From: Malacoraja senta
Taxonomy: Eukaryota
Assembly: GCA_038087875.1 (NCBI GenBank)
Contig: CM075978.1
Span: 174,840,001-174,904,000 of the forward strand
Reading direction: 5' to 3'
DNA: 64,000 nucleotides
Shown: positions 1 through 12,600 of the stretch, one piece after another
Numbering within the stretch: the first letter of the stretch is position 1
How the letters are laid out: each line of letters opens with the position of its first letter
The notes under the pieces: generated by a model
Seen by the model: only the letters and a program-made list of their open reading frames with translations
Told to the model about the DNA's origin: nothing
Databases searched by the model: none
Made by a program: the position numbers and the translations under genes

Positions 1-945
1 TAAGGTACTCTGAAATGTTCACAAAGATTAGTCTTTGCCATCTATGCTCCAACGTTAAGGACTGGTTCAGATCGGATTGCAGATATTGCATCTCATCAAG
101 ATGGGTTTTGGGTCCAAAGGTTGTTACTTGTTTGTTATATCTGCTTTGGGGGAAAATGTTGAATGAATCCTATAATGGTGGAATATGATCTGACTGAATG
201 ATGCTCCTTCAATGTGTGAAATGAATTTGCAGTATCACTTGTGAGTTCATTTAAGAAATTGTATGAATTATGTGAGAGGGGAGGCATTGCGGTCTAGTGG
301 AAGGAAAAACATGTCCTGGTGGACAGGAGGGGCATTGCTGGGCGGAAAGATTGGACTCAGTTGAAGAAGTAGAAATCATAAAGGAGAAATTTAAACTACT
401 GGCAGTTGGCTGAATATGTTTCTTTTTTTCTTTGTGGGTTACTACCATGGATCAGGCTGGAATCATGAGCGTTCCAACGATCACATTTAACGATCACGAT
501 CAGGCGAACTATTTGGAATAATGAACGAAACCGAGGAATGGATAAAGTCATAAATTATAGTAGAAATGCAAATATCTGCATTGATAAAGCCAGTCGAACC
601 ATAGGACAAACTGTGCTGTATGAGCGGAAATATTTACTTGGGAATTGCCGTATTTAGTTCTCTAGAGATTAAAATGGGGAGATGCAAAAGTTTAGTATGT
701 CTTGTTGTAGAAGCGGAGACCCCATTACAGTATTATGGAGAAGCCAATATCATGTGGTGTTGTTAAGTAAATGTCCGCCATATTCGTCTTTAACCACCAC
801 GACTGAGAGCTCGACCTTGTACGATCAGGATATTAAGGTGGTGGATTGTGACTGTTCGTGATGGCTATTAAGGTAGAAAAAGTAACCCGGATTCTCCATT
901 CTTGTCTCATTCAGGTAATGCTTTTGGACATTTCGGAATGATGCA

Positions 946-1103
946 CTAGTGAGGAATTATTTCAACATATGTTAAGGCAGCAGTTATTGGTAAAGGAATA
1001 GAAATGCGTAGAACCCGAAGGGGGATCAACATAGATAATGCATAGATAATGCGAGCAGGGTATGCAACAGGGCTATTCTTGATTTTATGACCAATTATAA
1101 CAG
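946..1103 (-). CDS. Gene A candidate terminal cytoplasmic exon ending in an ITIM-like motif (..TAALTYVEIIPH*)
   Basis: Acceptor gtgacttttccatcag| at 1103 is phase 1, matching the TM exon donor. The frame is open to TAG at 946-948. LTYVEI fits (S/I/V/L)xYxx(I/V/L). Linkage to the TM exon is inferred, and intervening exons are possible. Confidence 0.5.
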
Positions 1104-1762
1104 CTGATGGAAAAGTCACCGAGAGTGGCGGCAAAGTGATTTAAAAATGACAAAAACACCATGTGACGCAGGGGAAGAAGCAGCGCAAGTATTTCTTAGG
1201 GATATTAAAATACTCAAAGCATATGAGGAGACAACAAATAGAATGATAGACAGAGTGAGTAATGTTTTTTCAGCAAGAACGTAGGGAGCATGTGTGAGGT
1301 GTCAATCTCAACTGAGCAGTGTCAAAGCGACAGGAGGCTTTCTATAATTAACTAGCCACCAAGTCGACAATTGGATATCGACTCAACCACTAAAGCAGTG
1401 GATTCAAGTTATGCGAAATGATTGCAACCTACGATCACTGACTACAGCTGGGTAAAGGGATCAAATATACAATGTACCTCTGGGAGCAGGTATAATATGA
1501 GTTATGCTCCATGCCTCACACCAGTTGAAGAATACAAGATTAGTCCCATACCAGCTTGAATAAAAGCACACAATGCTCCAGACCGAGCTGAAATGATTGA
1601 CGAGCGAACAATGGGCATCTATTTGGATGTATATCATCAAACGGCGAATGACTGGGCATGCCCAGAATATATTAATTAATATGATAGAGTATAGTTAGAG
1701 AGACAACGAGTCGTGGAGGTATAGAGCCACGGAAAACCATTTCTTGCGTGACTCTATACGCA

Positions 1763-2081
1763 CGTTGGCGCAACGGTTGAGTTGCTGCCTTATAGCGACA
1801 AAGACCCGGATTCGATCCTAACTACGGGTGCTGCTTGTACGGAGTTTGTAGTTTCTCCCTGTGACCTGGAGTTTGTACGGAGTTTGTAGTTTCTCCTGGA
1901 GCGCCGGTTTCCTCCCACATCCCAAAGACGTACAGGTTTGTAGATGAATTGGCTTGGTAAAATTGTAAATTGTCCCTAGTATGTGTAGGATAGAGTTAAT
2001 ATGCGGGATCGCTGGTCGGCGCTAAGTCGGTGGGCCGAACGGCCAGTTTCTGTGCTGTATGTCTAAACTCTAAAATCTAAA
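1763..2081 (+). mobile_element. HE1-like (V-SINE) elasmobranch SINE
   Basis: tRNA-like head (ggattcgatcc), central ggtttcctcccacatcccaaagacgtacagg block and (ctaaa)n tail. The same family recurs throughout the window. Confidence 0.7.
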
Positions 2082-2905
2082 AACGGAAGCAGACCTTCGA
2101 CTCAACTTGCTCCTGACGACCAAAATGCCGCAACCACGCTAGTCGCTCTTGCACGCATTTGATCGTATCTATGTAAACCTTTCATATACATGTACCTGTC
2201 CAAATGTATTTAACTGTTATATTACGTGCCCCTACCACCTCCCATGCCAGCTCGGTCTGTTTACTCAACACCAAGAAAAAATGTTGAAAGATAGAACAAC
2301 TGTGCGAAGATAACTGAAAGGTCGTGCTAGGAGAGGCAATGAATAGACGTTTACTGAGATTTTAGATGGCAAGGCATAGCGTGGTGGTGTAAAGATAAAC
2401 ATAGTGGATTGTAAATTAGGCTGAGTGCAATAATACTGATCCTAACCAAATTAACCCTGACCCTAACCAGGCAAGAGAAGATTGAAAATTAGTCTGTGAA
2501 TAAAGGATGAAAGTTACAAAGAATCGTTGGTCACTTCTAAATTATTTCCAAGTCCGCATTGAACCATCGTGTTGAGAGTGTAAAGCCTGTGGGTGCTGAG
2601 AATAACTGGAACACCTTGCGTTTTCTCAGATTGTTTTACTGCATATGCTGTTAATGCCCTGAATAAACCGACTTGTTTGAGAAACTCACCACTGCTCTAA
2701 TCAATATTCTTGGTGTATGTCCCATTCTGCGTCGTAATTAGGAGGGCAATTCACAGACGTGAAAGCTAGATACAGGGTATAGGCCAAGCACATAATTCCC
2801 CCATTACGACGTTGCCATAAAGTGGAGTAAAACCCTAACCCACCTATGGCCATTTTTTAAACACACGAAACAGAATAAATACAAGCCGATTGATTAGATG
2901 CTCAC

Positions 2906-3013
2906 GTTTACTTCTCTTGATGTGTCGACACACCATCGTAATGATAAACAGAAGAATAAATATAATTCCACCGGTTGCGCATCCACAAATAAGAAAATAG
3001 GTCGAATTATTGT
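2906..3013 (-). CDS. Gene A transmembrane exon (DNNSTYFLICGCATGGIIFILLFIITMVCRHIKRSK)
   Basis: Acceptor tcttttattttacag|, donor AAAC|gtgagc, 108 bp, phase 1-1. Hydrophobic stretch with no charged residue, followed by a basic stop-transfer. Confidence 0.85.
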
Positions 3014-3124
3014 CTGTAAAATAAAAGAACGAAAAACATATAACTGAAATTAACTGCCAGGTCCAGAACAAAGATTAATTGTACTGATATTTAAGTTAAA
3101 TATTTTACGAATATTCGCAAATAT

Positions 3125-3385
3125 TTAGTTTAGTTTACTTTAGAGATACAGCTAAATAAAATCGCGAGTCCGCGCCGACCAACAATCGCTCGTACACTAA
3201 CTCTCCTGCCCACTGGGGATAATTTACAAAAGCCAATTAACCTATCCAATTTGTACGCCTAGGCAATGCAGAAGGAACCGGAGCGCCCGGAGAAAACCCA
3301 CAGTCACAGGGATAAGGTACACACTCTCCACAGGCAGCACCCGTAGTGAGGATGGAATCCGCGTGTCCAGTGCTCTAAGGCCCTT
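3125..3385 (-). mobile_element. HE1-like SINE
   Basis: Reverse-complement copy of the same family with a (tttag)n tail. Confidence 0.6.
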
Positions 3386-5715
3386 CCACAAAAACATTTT
3401 ATAAGCAAAACGAAATAACGGGAAGTGTCTGAGAGATGTGGTAAATGTAGGTTGATGCGTTAAATTGAAAGATAAGTTACAAAACTAATTTGTTGGATTA
3501 CATTTTTTTGGGGGATTTATGTTAGCCGAAGAGAAAATCAGCGATATTCACAGCACTAAGATGAAACGCACCATGGGAAAACAATATAACTATTGGCATC
3601 GAGATAATGGAAATGGGCAGATCTGTAAATGCATGTGGAATCGGTAAGACATGAAGGCATTTTGAAACGAAATTACCTTGCAGTAAAAGGAGGGGATCGC
3701 AGACAGGAAACAATGTGCATGGTATTGGCTTATGGGTGCAAAGCACTGGAGAACATAACGGCAAATATCAACAAATATATAATAAAATTAGTAAAACGAA
3801 AGGGAATTAAGGAACTAGTGCAATTCCTTCAAAACCAGCGAAAGAGGTCAACATTCTTGAAATAAAACATGTCAATGAAACACTTTGTTCTTCTTCAGAC
3901 TATCAAGTGGTAAAGATATGTTATTCGTTATAGGGCAAATGCATGTACTGAGGCTTCTGACAACTAAAAGATGAGCGTTGATTGCCTGAGAGATCAGTGA
4001 CACTGAAGTTTAAGTTCCATTCAGTAGGCATACCTCAATCTCAAAGTATAAAAGGGTTTATTGAATGCAGCATGCATTGATGATCTCCCTCAGGTACATC
4101 GAAAGAGCTGTGCGATCCTGAATTCTAACGGAGCAATTATTCTTCAACAAGGGTCAAGAGAGTAAGCGCCAAGCATGTTGAATTGTCATATGTACCGAAA
4201 ACAAAGCGCCAATGTAATTCTTAGTTGCAGCAAAGTAATAGATCTGTAAACATAATTCTCTTAGATAACACTATAAAGAATAATAGTTCAACGAAATTAA
4301 AAAAAAAACTGCCCCGCCTGATTTCATGTGCTTGCTTTTCCCCTTAATCTTCACTTCATCAAACAGTCTGATAACCCTGGACGTTACCATTTCCTTCCTC
4401 CCTTAAATGAACACGTTGGCCATCGACTATCGGTGTTTCATATGTACAGGATTCAGCCCTGTAGGCCTAACCGTAAATACAGTTTCAATTTGACAAGTCA
4501 TATATTACGATAAATTTGCCACCTTCCCTATTCACGATCTTAATTTCCAGACGATTGCAATCCCGATCCATGACTAACCTGAAACCTAAGTAATGGACAC
4601 TATCGAAAATGTTGTCGCCAACCACTGGACCGTAGAATTACCTTAAATTGCCCTAGGATTCTGCGCAGCATCGTCATAATTGGATTACGTACATTCTAGC
4701 TCAGAGTGTCTTTCTGGGCACAATTAGTCTTTATCACTAAACATTTTCGAATGAATATTGCACTACTTCAAATCTCCAACTACTAACATAGTATTAATCT
4801 TAAATCATTCCGATTTGCCTACATCTGTGACGCAAACACCCGATAACACATTTGATAATAGGGCTAATACATTTGCAAAGTGATTGTTATTCTATAGAGC
4901 ATAGAGCATAGAGCATCGAATAGTACAGCACGGGAACGGGCCCTTCGGGCCGCAATATTTGTGCTAAAGTTGCCGTCAAACCGAACACATCTCCCTGTAC
5001 ATGATCCATATTCCTCTATTGCCTGTACTTCCATGTACCTCCAACACCACCACCACCACAGGCAAAGCACCAGATCTCCCTTAAGATCTCCATTTTCAAC
5101 GATATATTTAGCCAAGTATTCTCCTGGTCTATCCTCTTATTCCTATATTCATTCGCTAGTGGTACTGGAAGAACTCTCGATTAAACAACTTCAGGGGCAC
5201 TTTGGCCATTGGGCACAAAACGTCTTTTTTCGAAAGCGATCAATATTGGTCACACGATGAAACAAGCTATCCATAGCACCGTAAGCACCGCGGATGCTAC
5301 ACAGCGAATCCATCCTAAATACCAGATGCGCAAGAAGGTAAGTCAGAAGCTGATGTTTAATGCATTTCCTGAAGGAATGGCCGCGAGCGACATTAGACTT
5401 GTTGCTGGTCTCCCACAAAGCGCAGGATCAACATTGCACGTGCCCATCTCTCCTGATACGCATTGTACTTAAATTTACTTAATAATCTAAATGGAACAAC
5501 CAAGTCGGTTAAGGGCTTTATCCGCTCCAACTAGAATTTAGTACAATCTGAAATCCACGCAGTTAATTTTAACAATAGAATTAAGGCAGTAAGCAAGATA
5601 GAATTACAATACTTTTGCAACTTAACCATCATCCTCTCCATCGAAGCCACTTCGCTTTCCAAACACGACTATCTGAATCCGCTACATTCAAACCTTGTAA
5701 TGTTTTCTACGTCAC

Positions 5716-6021
5716 CTGTTTTGGAATCCGGAACATGATACGTTGTAGTCAGTGGAGTAGGAAGAGTGAAGTGCGCCACTTGGCAAGTATAGACCGACCC
5801 GCCCTGCAGTGTCCTTGTTTCCTTTAAATGACTGGAAACTTCATATAATCCATTCATAGTCAGTTTTACCGTTGTATCTATGTCCACGAAAATCTCAATA
5901 CCATTTCGGTACCAAGTAAGGTTAAGTGACTCCGGGTAAAATTCATCCGCTTTACACAAGAGATTCAATGTGGTGGAGTTTTGATCAGGCAGTTTGGAGA
6001 TTCTGAGCTGAGCTGGTGGAA
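5716..6021 (-). CDS. Gene A Ig C1-set exon
   Basis: Acceptor tttacatttgcag|, donor ACAG|gtgacg, 306 bp, phase 1-1. C1 motifs LLCKADEFYPESLNLTW, NGLYEVSSHL and YTCQVAH. Confidence 0.92.
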
Positions 6022-6189
6022 CTGCAAATGTAAAGCAAAAATGTATTTGTGATCCGGAAAACAACTACACGAGCATAACTATTTTGTACAATACTGGTCG
6101 ACGACCTCATAATTACACAGTTATGGGAACGTTCAGGATTAGCATAATTTCGGCTGTTTTTTCGGATATCAACAACATAAATCGTAGGT

Positions 6190-7410
6190 AGACAAAAATG
6201 CTGGAGAAACTCAACGGGTGAGGCAGCATCTATGAAGCGAAGGAATAGGCGACGTTTCGGGTCCAGACCCTTCTTCAAACTGATGTGGGGGTGGGGGGCG
6301 GGAAGAAGAAAGGAAGTGGCAGATACAGAGGCTGTGGGAGAGCTGGGAAACGGAGGGGAAGAGGGAGAAAGCAAGGAATACCTGAAATTGGAGAAGTCAA
6401 CTTTCATACCGATGGGGTGTAAACTACCCAGGCGAAATATGAGATGCTGCTCCTCCAATTTGCGGTGGGACACACTCTGACCATGGAGGGGGCCCAGACA
6501 GAAAGGTCGGATTCGGAATGGGAGGGGCAGTTGCAGTGCTGATCAGGTTGGTTAATGCGAACTGAGTGGAGGTGGAGGGCGAAGCGATCGCCAAGCCTGC
6601 GATTGGCCTCACCGATGTAAAGCAATTGAAACATGGAACAGCGGATGAAATAGATGAAGTTGGAGGAGGTGCAGGTGAACCTCTGCCTCACCTGGAAAGA
6701 CTGCTTTGGTCCTTGGATGGAGTTGGGGGGGGGGGGAGGTAAAGCGACAAGTGTAGCATTTCCTGCAGTTGGAAGGGAGAGTTCCAGGGGATGGGGTGGG
6801 AAGGGTGGGAAGGGACGAATTGACCAGGGATTACGGAGGGAACGGTCGCTGCGGAAAGCCAAAAGGGGAGAAGATGGGAAGATGTGGCCATTGGTGGGAT
6901 TCCATTGGAGGTGGCGAAAATATCAGAGGATTATCTGTTGTAAGTGTCGGCTGGTTAGGTCGAAGGTGAGGACAAGGGGGGCTCTGTCCTTGTTATGAGT
7001 GGGGGGGGTGAGTGAGGGAGGATCTACGGGATATGGGGGAGACCCTGGTGAGAGCCTCATCTATAATTGAAGATGGGAACCCCCATTTCCTAAAGAATGA
7101 GGACATCTCCGATGCCCTGGTTTGGAACACTTCATCCTGGGTGCAGATGCGGCGTACACGGAGGAATTAGGAGTAGGGGATAGAGTCCTGACATAAAGCA
7201 GGTGGGAAGAAGTGTAGTCCAGATAGCCATGGGAGTCAGTGGGTTTGTAGTAGGTGTCGGTCAGTAGTCCGTTGCCTGCGATGGAGATAGTGAGGTCTAG
7301 AAACAGTAGGGAGATGTCGGAAATTGTCCAGGTGAATTTGAGTGCCGGGTGGAAGTTGGTGGTGAAATTGATGAAGTCAGTGAGTTCTCCATGGGTGCAG
7401 GAGGTAGCAC
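6190..7410 (-). mobile_element. Penelope-like retroelement fragment (RT C-terminus + GIY-YIG) in the gene A V-C1 intron
   Basis: ORF track shows NFHPALKFTWTISD..FLDL..YYKPTDSHGYLDY (PLE RT thumb) and IYFIRC..LLYIGEANRRLGDRF..HL (GIY-YIG). Confidence 0.85.
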
Positions 7411-8316
7411 AAAATGCAGTCGTCATCAGCCGTGCAATCTGATCCTGTACACATCCTTTCAAAATAAAAGCCTTAAAGAGCAACTTGACAGCAAGCATCT
7501 GAGAAGAATGAAAACTTTTTTTAGCGCTTCCAATCGTTGCGCATTTTTTCGAATAGTGTGAATTGCTACCTCTGTTGAATTTTTTTAGAAAAAAAGTCAG
7601 TTTATCTTTAACTAATGCGCAACTTTTACGGATTTGCTCTGTTTTTCAAATCCCAGACTGAGCGCCCCATATTACTTAGTTTTTTCGAAGTAAGAACAAT
7701 TTAATTGTTAAATTAAAAAAAACCCATAGGAATATCAGGTGTAGCCATTTATGTTTACTGGGGGGAGACGAGGAGACATTAGATATCGCTCCGGCAATTT
7801 GATACCGCGTTGGATATTAAAAAAAAGATCCAGCTAGGGTAGAAGGCCAGCAGGATGGGTCCATGATGAGGGGGAATGTTGGAGACGGGAGAAGTGACCG
7901 TAACAGGGGACGGTTGATGCCGCACCGGCAGTTGGAAATAAAATGGTCCAAAGAAATGCTTCCCAACTGTGCCGGTCTATTACATCCAAAGCTTTGCCCT
8001 GCCCCTCCTCTCTTCCAGCTTTAAAGCTCCCACCCAGTGCAGATATTAGATCGCATTAATCGGCCTCGGAAAGCGCTGCTCAAGATAGTAACTGTGTTGG
8101 AATCTGTGTTTCGGTGAATTTGGAGCAACGTCCTCATATTAACAGCAAACAAACCAACCAATTAGTTGTCCTGGGATCTTAAGACACAATATTATATAGA
8201 ACATGGGTACTTCGAATGGAAAACCTGGCCACATTGCTTTCCCGAATTATAGAATTGAACAATAATAGAATAACATCTCCATATTTCATCACATTTGCTT
8301 TTACTGTTACACATAC

Positions 8317-8637
8317 CGAAGACTTTGATTCTGGAGCCAGATCCATTCACAATTGCGCTTCCCTGGATTCCCACTCCGCAGTAATAGACTCCAGCATCAT
8401 CTGCATGGATATTCAATAGATGCAAGGAAGCTCCACCTTGTTTAAAACGAACAAATATCTTCCTACTGTCAGAGGCTGTTTGCAGAAAGTTCTGTTCGCC
8501 AAGTTTCCACCAATAAAATTCCACAGGTTGACTATTGTGCGATAGTCCAATAATGCAATAGAGAGTGATGTTTGAATATAAGATCACGTGTTTGCTCGTC
8601 GGAGATTGATCGACTTGGTAGTGAGCATCAACGGCAA
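8317..8637 (-). CDS. Gene A germline-joined VJ-type Ig V exon (NKp30-like)
   Basis: Acceptor ttcttctgctacag|, donor TTCG|gtatgt, 321 bp, phase 1-1. Reads QVDQSP..NITLYC..FYWW..DAGVYYC-11aa-GSGSRIKV. The J-like GxG strand lies inside the exon. Confidence 0.92.
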
Positions 8638-9230
8638 CTGTAGCAGAAGAAAATCAAAAATTATCCCATAACAGACGAGGACAGACACAATTAATCGCAC
8701 TCTTAAAAGATGCGTGAAAGTGGATGTGCGTGCGATATACGGGTGCTGATCACAGAGGGTGTGGGTTAGTAAGAAGATGAAAACAAATGTAAAATCGAGA
8801 AATACCTGCATTTATAATCAAAAGCGACGGTAACAACAGAACCACATCTCGAAAAGGCATACTGAACCATGAAAACCATGTGCTAGGTATTGGAAGTCTG
8901 AAATTCACTCAGGAATTGCTGAAAGCAGCATGTAAGTAAAGTATGATCCGGATAAAGAGAAGTAGAGTTAACTTTTCTGTTCGAAAGACTTGGTCAAATG
9001 GAACATGTTGCACAATGTATTACCATGTCTCTGCTGTGAAAGAAAGGGTACGCGATTTGACGTGGGCTGAAGGAAATGACGTCCGATACGAAATTACCCA
9101 ATTGCAGCTGTTCAAAAATGAGCTTCGGGATAAATTCTGGAAACAACCTGTCGGAAGTGCATGTCATTTTCCGTGATGCAAACACATATTTGCCATCCAT
9201 CCAGACGAATCTTGTCTTTGATGAGTTTAC

Positions 9231-9294
9231 CAATGAACTTCATGCTAATGGCTGCAGTTATATAGCAGAACAGAAAATTAAAAGTCTTCCACAT
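9231..9294 (-). CDS. Gene A leader exon (MWKTFNFLFCYITAAISMKFI)
   Basis: ATG at 9294, hydrophobic core, donor ATTG|gtaaac in phase 1, ~590 bp upstream of the V exon. Confidence 0.75.
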
Positions 9295-10740
9295 ATGTAG
9301 AACCTGAAAGAAGTCGGACATTCGAAAATACTAGTAACCAGATGGAAAATGACGTAAATGCGAAAAGGAAAGCTTTAAATATTTCTGTCGGCCATTAATT
9401 GTTCCTAATGTGCCACCAACGTCACAAGACGTATTTAGTATATAAGATAGATCCATCTTGGAACACTACCATCCCTTCTCCAAAGTACTATGTCCTATTC
9501 TTGACATACTAGTGGTAAAATTAAAGGGACTATTAGGAAAAAAACGAAAATGCCGAAAAAATATAGCTGGTAATAGAACCGTTCTGTCAGAGAATCGCAG
9601 AATCGTACAACAGTGCAACAAGCCTTGGTGTAGCAATGCCAGCTACAACAGCTGTGAATAATGTCTTCGCTCAACCCAGTTGCCTGCGAGTCCCGTATCA
9701 CTATCTATTTTTCCTTTCTGTATACCTGTCGAAATGTCTTCTGGACGTTGTAATTGTAATTGTGTTTGCCTTTCCATCATGTTTGAAAGAAACGTGCCTC
9801 TCCTTCTCTCCCATCCATTACATATTAAATGTTCCTATGGGTTGTTATTATCACCCAGCGACTGCCACATGTTCGTCTACGAATACCCTATTCCCAAATA
9901 TGCCCCATCATTTTAACCTTAAACACAAGCGCTTCGGTCGTTTCTTCGTTGTTGCTAAAACTGCACCAGACGTCCCTTTTTGAAGTAACATCTGACATTT
10001 GCTGTTCAGAAGGGTGCCGCGATATTTGCTAAACAGTCCTCGATTCTATGCCTGGTCCTGCCGACGTACAGGAGGAACATCGGATGCAGTTGACGAGGTT
10101 AGAAGATGTGCACGTTGCACTTTACTCTACAGTCTGTGGGCCGAGGAGCTTTATTCTACTGTTTCATGACCCAACTCACAGAACTATATGAAATTTTCAC
10201 GTCTTGTGTAACAATATTATATAAATCACCCCTGAAACTCGTCAAGAACAAAACTTGCACATTTTATATTAAGTTAGAGAAAAAACGGGAAATTTTCGGG
10301 TATTTTTAGTCCAATCAAAGCACGTTTAACATTGAGTCGGACGCCAGTTGTCCAATCACGCGCTTTGTTTCAGGCTAGCTAGGCAGGGAGCACACAACAT
10401 GGCTCAGAGGACTTCACTGATGCCTGTTTTACTGGAGATTCCGATGAAGGTTCTTTCTAGTTCTCTGGAATACATGTCGTGGAAACTTGCAGCAGGGTAA
10501 TTGAATTTAGTGAGAAAAGCATGAAGAAGTCTGAAGAATGTGCAGCTAAGTGGATAGAAGTGGAAGAAAGTCTTGAAAGCAAAGTCCCTGCTGAGGTGCT
10601 GCAACACAAAGTCGTGAAACCAGTGAAACTTTGTGAATCACCTAAAACGGAAAGGTAAGATCTAAAGTCTGAATTTATGAAAATTAATCTGTATGGACTT
10701 TAATTAATTTAATTGCACCCTTTTATAATGTGAAAAAATT

Positions 10741-10940
10741 NNNNNNNNNNNNNNNNNNNNNNNNNNNNNNNNNNNNNNNNNNNNNNNNNNNNNNNNNNNN
10801 NNNNNNNNNNNNNNNNNNNNNNNNNNNNNNNNNNNNNNNNNNNNNNNNNNNNNNNNNNNNNNNNNNNNNNNNNNNNNNNNNNNNNNNNNNNNNNNNNNNN
10901 NNNNNNNNNNNNNNNNNNNNNNNNNNNNNNNNNNNNNNNN
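10741..10940. other. Assembly gap (200 N)
   Basis: Run of N. Confidence 1.
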
Positions 10941-11719
10941 AAGTTGCGGGCCTAAACTATGTGTATCCATAACAAGGTAAATTAAACATTTTCACTAATG
11001 CCAGCATGTTGTAGTGTAATAAGTATTTAAGGTCTAATCTCGGAGCTGCCTGCGATAACTTTCCGAGTAAAAGTGCTCCGATCGCGGGGCCTATGTACTT
11101 AACATAGTGAAGCCGCGGTCTCAATTAGGAAGCGGCCGATTCGCGAACGCGGAGCCGCGGAGTGTGTTTGGATCATCTCCGCGGGGGGGGGGGGGGGGGG
11201 GGGGAGGGGGGGGCGCTTCCAGGCCCCGACCACGGGAGAAAAACGGACTAATATTCATTGCTTTTTATAGGCTTCCATTGGAGTGAGAAATGGTCAGAAA
11301 TGGCTGATGTTTATGTAGAAATGAATTGGTGTATGTGAACTTGAACTTTAACTAATTTATCTATGGTAGTAACAGTGTTATTCTCATTAACATTAAGAAG
11401 AGGTTGACATTTTATGAATTGAATTCCATGCAGACTTAATGACTATGAGATTTTTTTTTGTAGCCTCTGCCTGACCCTCCACTTGAACTTGAACTAACTT
11501 ATCAATGGACATTAAAACTTATCAAAAGACTTGAAACTGATGAAGAATATTCAGATGAAGATCAGATGTAATGTAAACAAATAAATTGGGGAAATAAATG
11601 ATTATATAAAGTATTATTTTAATGTCAATCGTTTCACTGTTTATTTGGTCAAATTATTTAAACAATGAGTGAATTACTTATGATAATGGCGTGCTGGTGA
11701 ATGACAGTGCAACAGTCCA

Positions 11720-12030
11720 CCCACCCATCCACACATACATACATACATACATACATACATACACACATCCACACACACATCCATCCGTACGCACACTTCC
11801 ATTCATGCACACACACACACATACATGCACACATACATCCGCACACACACATCCACACATCCATCCGCACGCAGACATACATGTACACATCCATGCATAC
11901 ACATACATCCACACACATACATCCACACATACATCCACACATCCAGCCATCCACACATACATACACACTTACATCCACACATCCACAGATACACGTTTGA
12001 CAGGTATACACAGACACACACACACAAACT
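11720..12030. repeat. Compound (CATA)n/(CA)n low-complexity microsatellite
   Basis: Directly visible. Confidence 0.95.
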
Positions 12031-12239
12031 ACAGATACTCAAACAATGCAACACTTTTAGGGTTATTTTAGGTTAAAGGTAATAGGCCTAATTTGCAAAG
12101 GCACCATCGGGGGGTGTCTAACATAAATATAGGCCCATTGTAGCTTAAAATGAATACTCATCGAGTATACATCAGAGCATTCGATTCTTGGTCAGGATGC
12201 GACATTTACATCATAAATAAGACAGGTCTCCTACAGGTC

Positions 12240-12600
12240 TGCCGCCCAGCCTGGCACTGCCCCAGTCCCACTATGGCTGCTACCCCCATTCTCCCCCCTA
12301 AGGCAGTCAGTGGGGTTCAGTAAACGGGGGAACCCAGAGGATCTGTCCTGACCCTTTAATTAGGCAGGTTCATGAGCCCTTAAAACCTGGGACCTCTGCT
12401 GCAGTCTCATTACATTTCCTATTAAAGCGACTGGAAGATGCCTTGCAGGACTGTCCCCCGGCCTGGAACTGCCCCAGTCCCACTATGGCCGTGACCTCCA
12501 CTCTGCACACTGGCAGTCAGTGAGGTTCAGTAAAGGGAGGAACCCACAAGAACTGCCCTCACTAATTAATTAGGCTGGTTCAGGAGCAGGACCTCTGCGA
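12240..12600. repeat. Two diverged ~210-bp tandem units
   Basis: ctgccccagtcccactatggc..ggcagtcagtg.ggttcagtaaa..taattaggc.ggttca occurs at ~12258 and ~12468. Confidence 0.75.

Noticed and set aside
1763-1835. tRNA-like sequence with box B ggattcgatcc
   Set aside because: Head of a SINE that continues into SINE body and tail; not a tRNA gene.
2580-2790. Several small candidate cytoplasmic exons for gene A
   Set aside because: Phases and stops were inconsistent, and I could not choose among them without cDNA.
4961-5260. ORF with poly-His
   Set aside because: Low-complexity cac repeat overlapping a retroelement tail on the other strand.
11658-12076. Six overlapping His/Thr- or Cys/Val-rich ORFs
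   Set aside because: Translations of a CA/CATA microsatellite.
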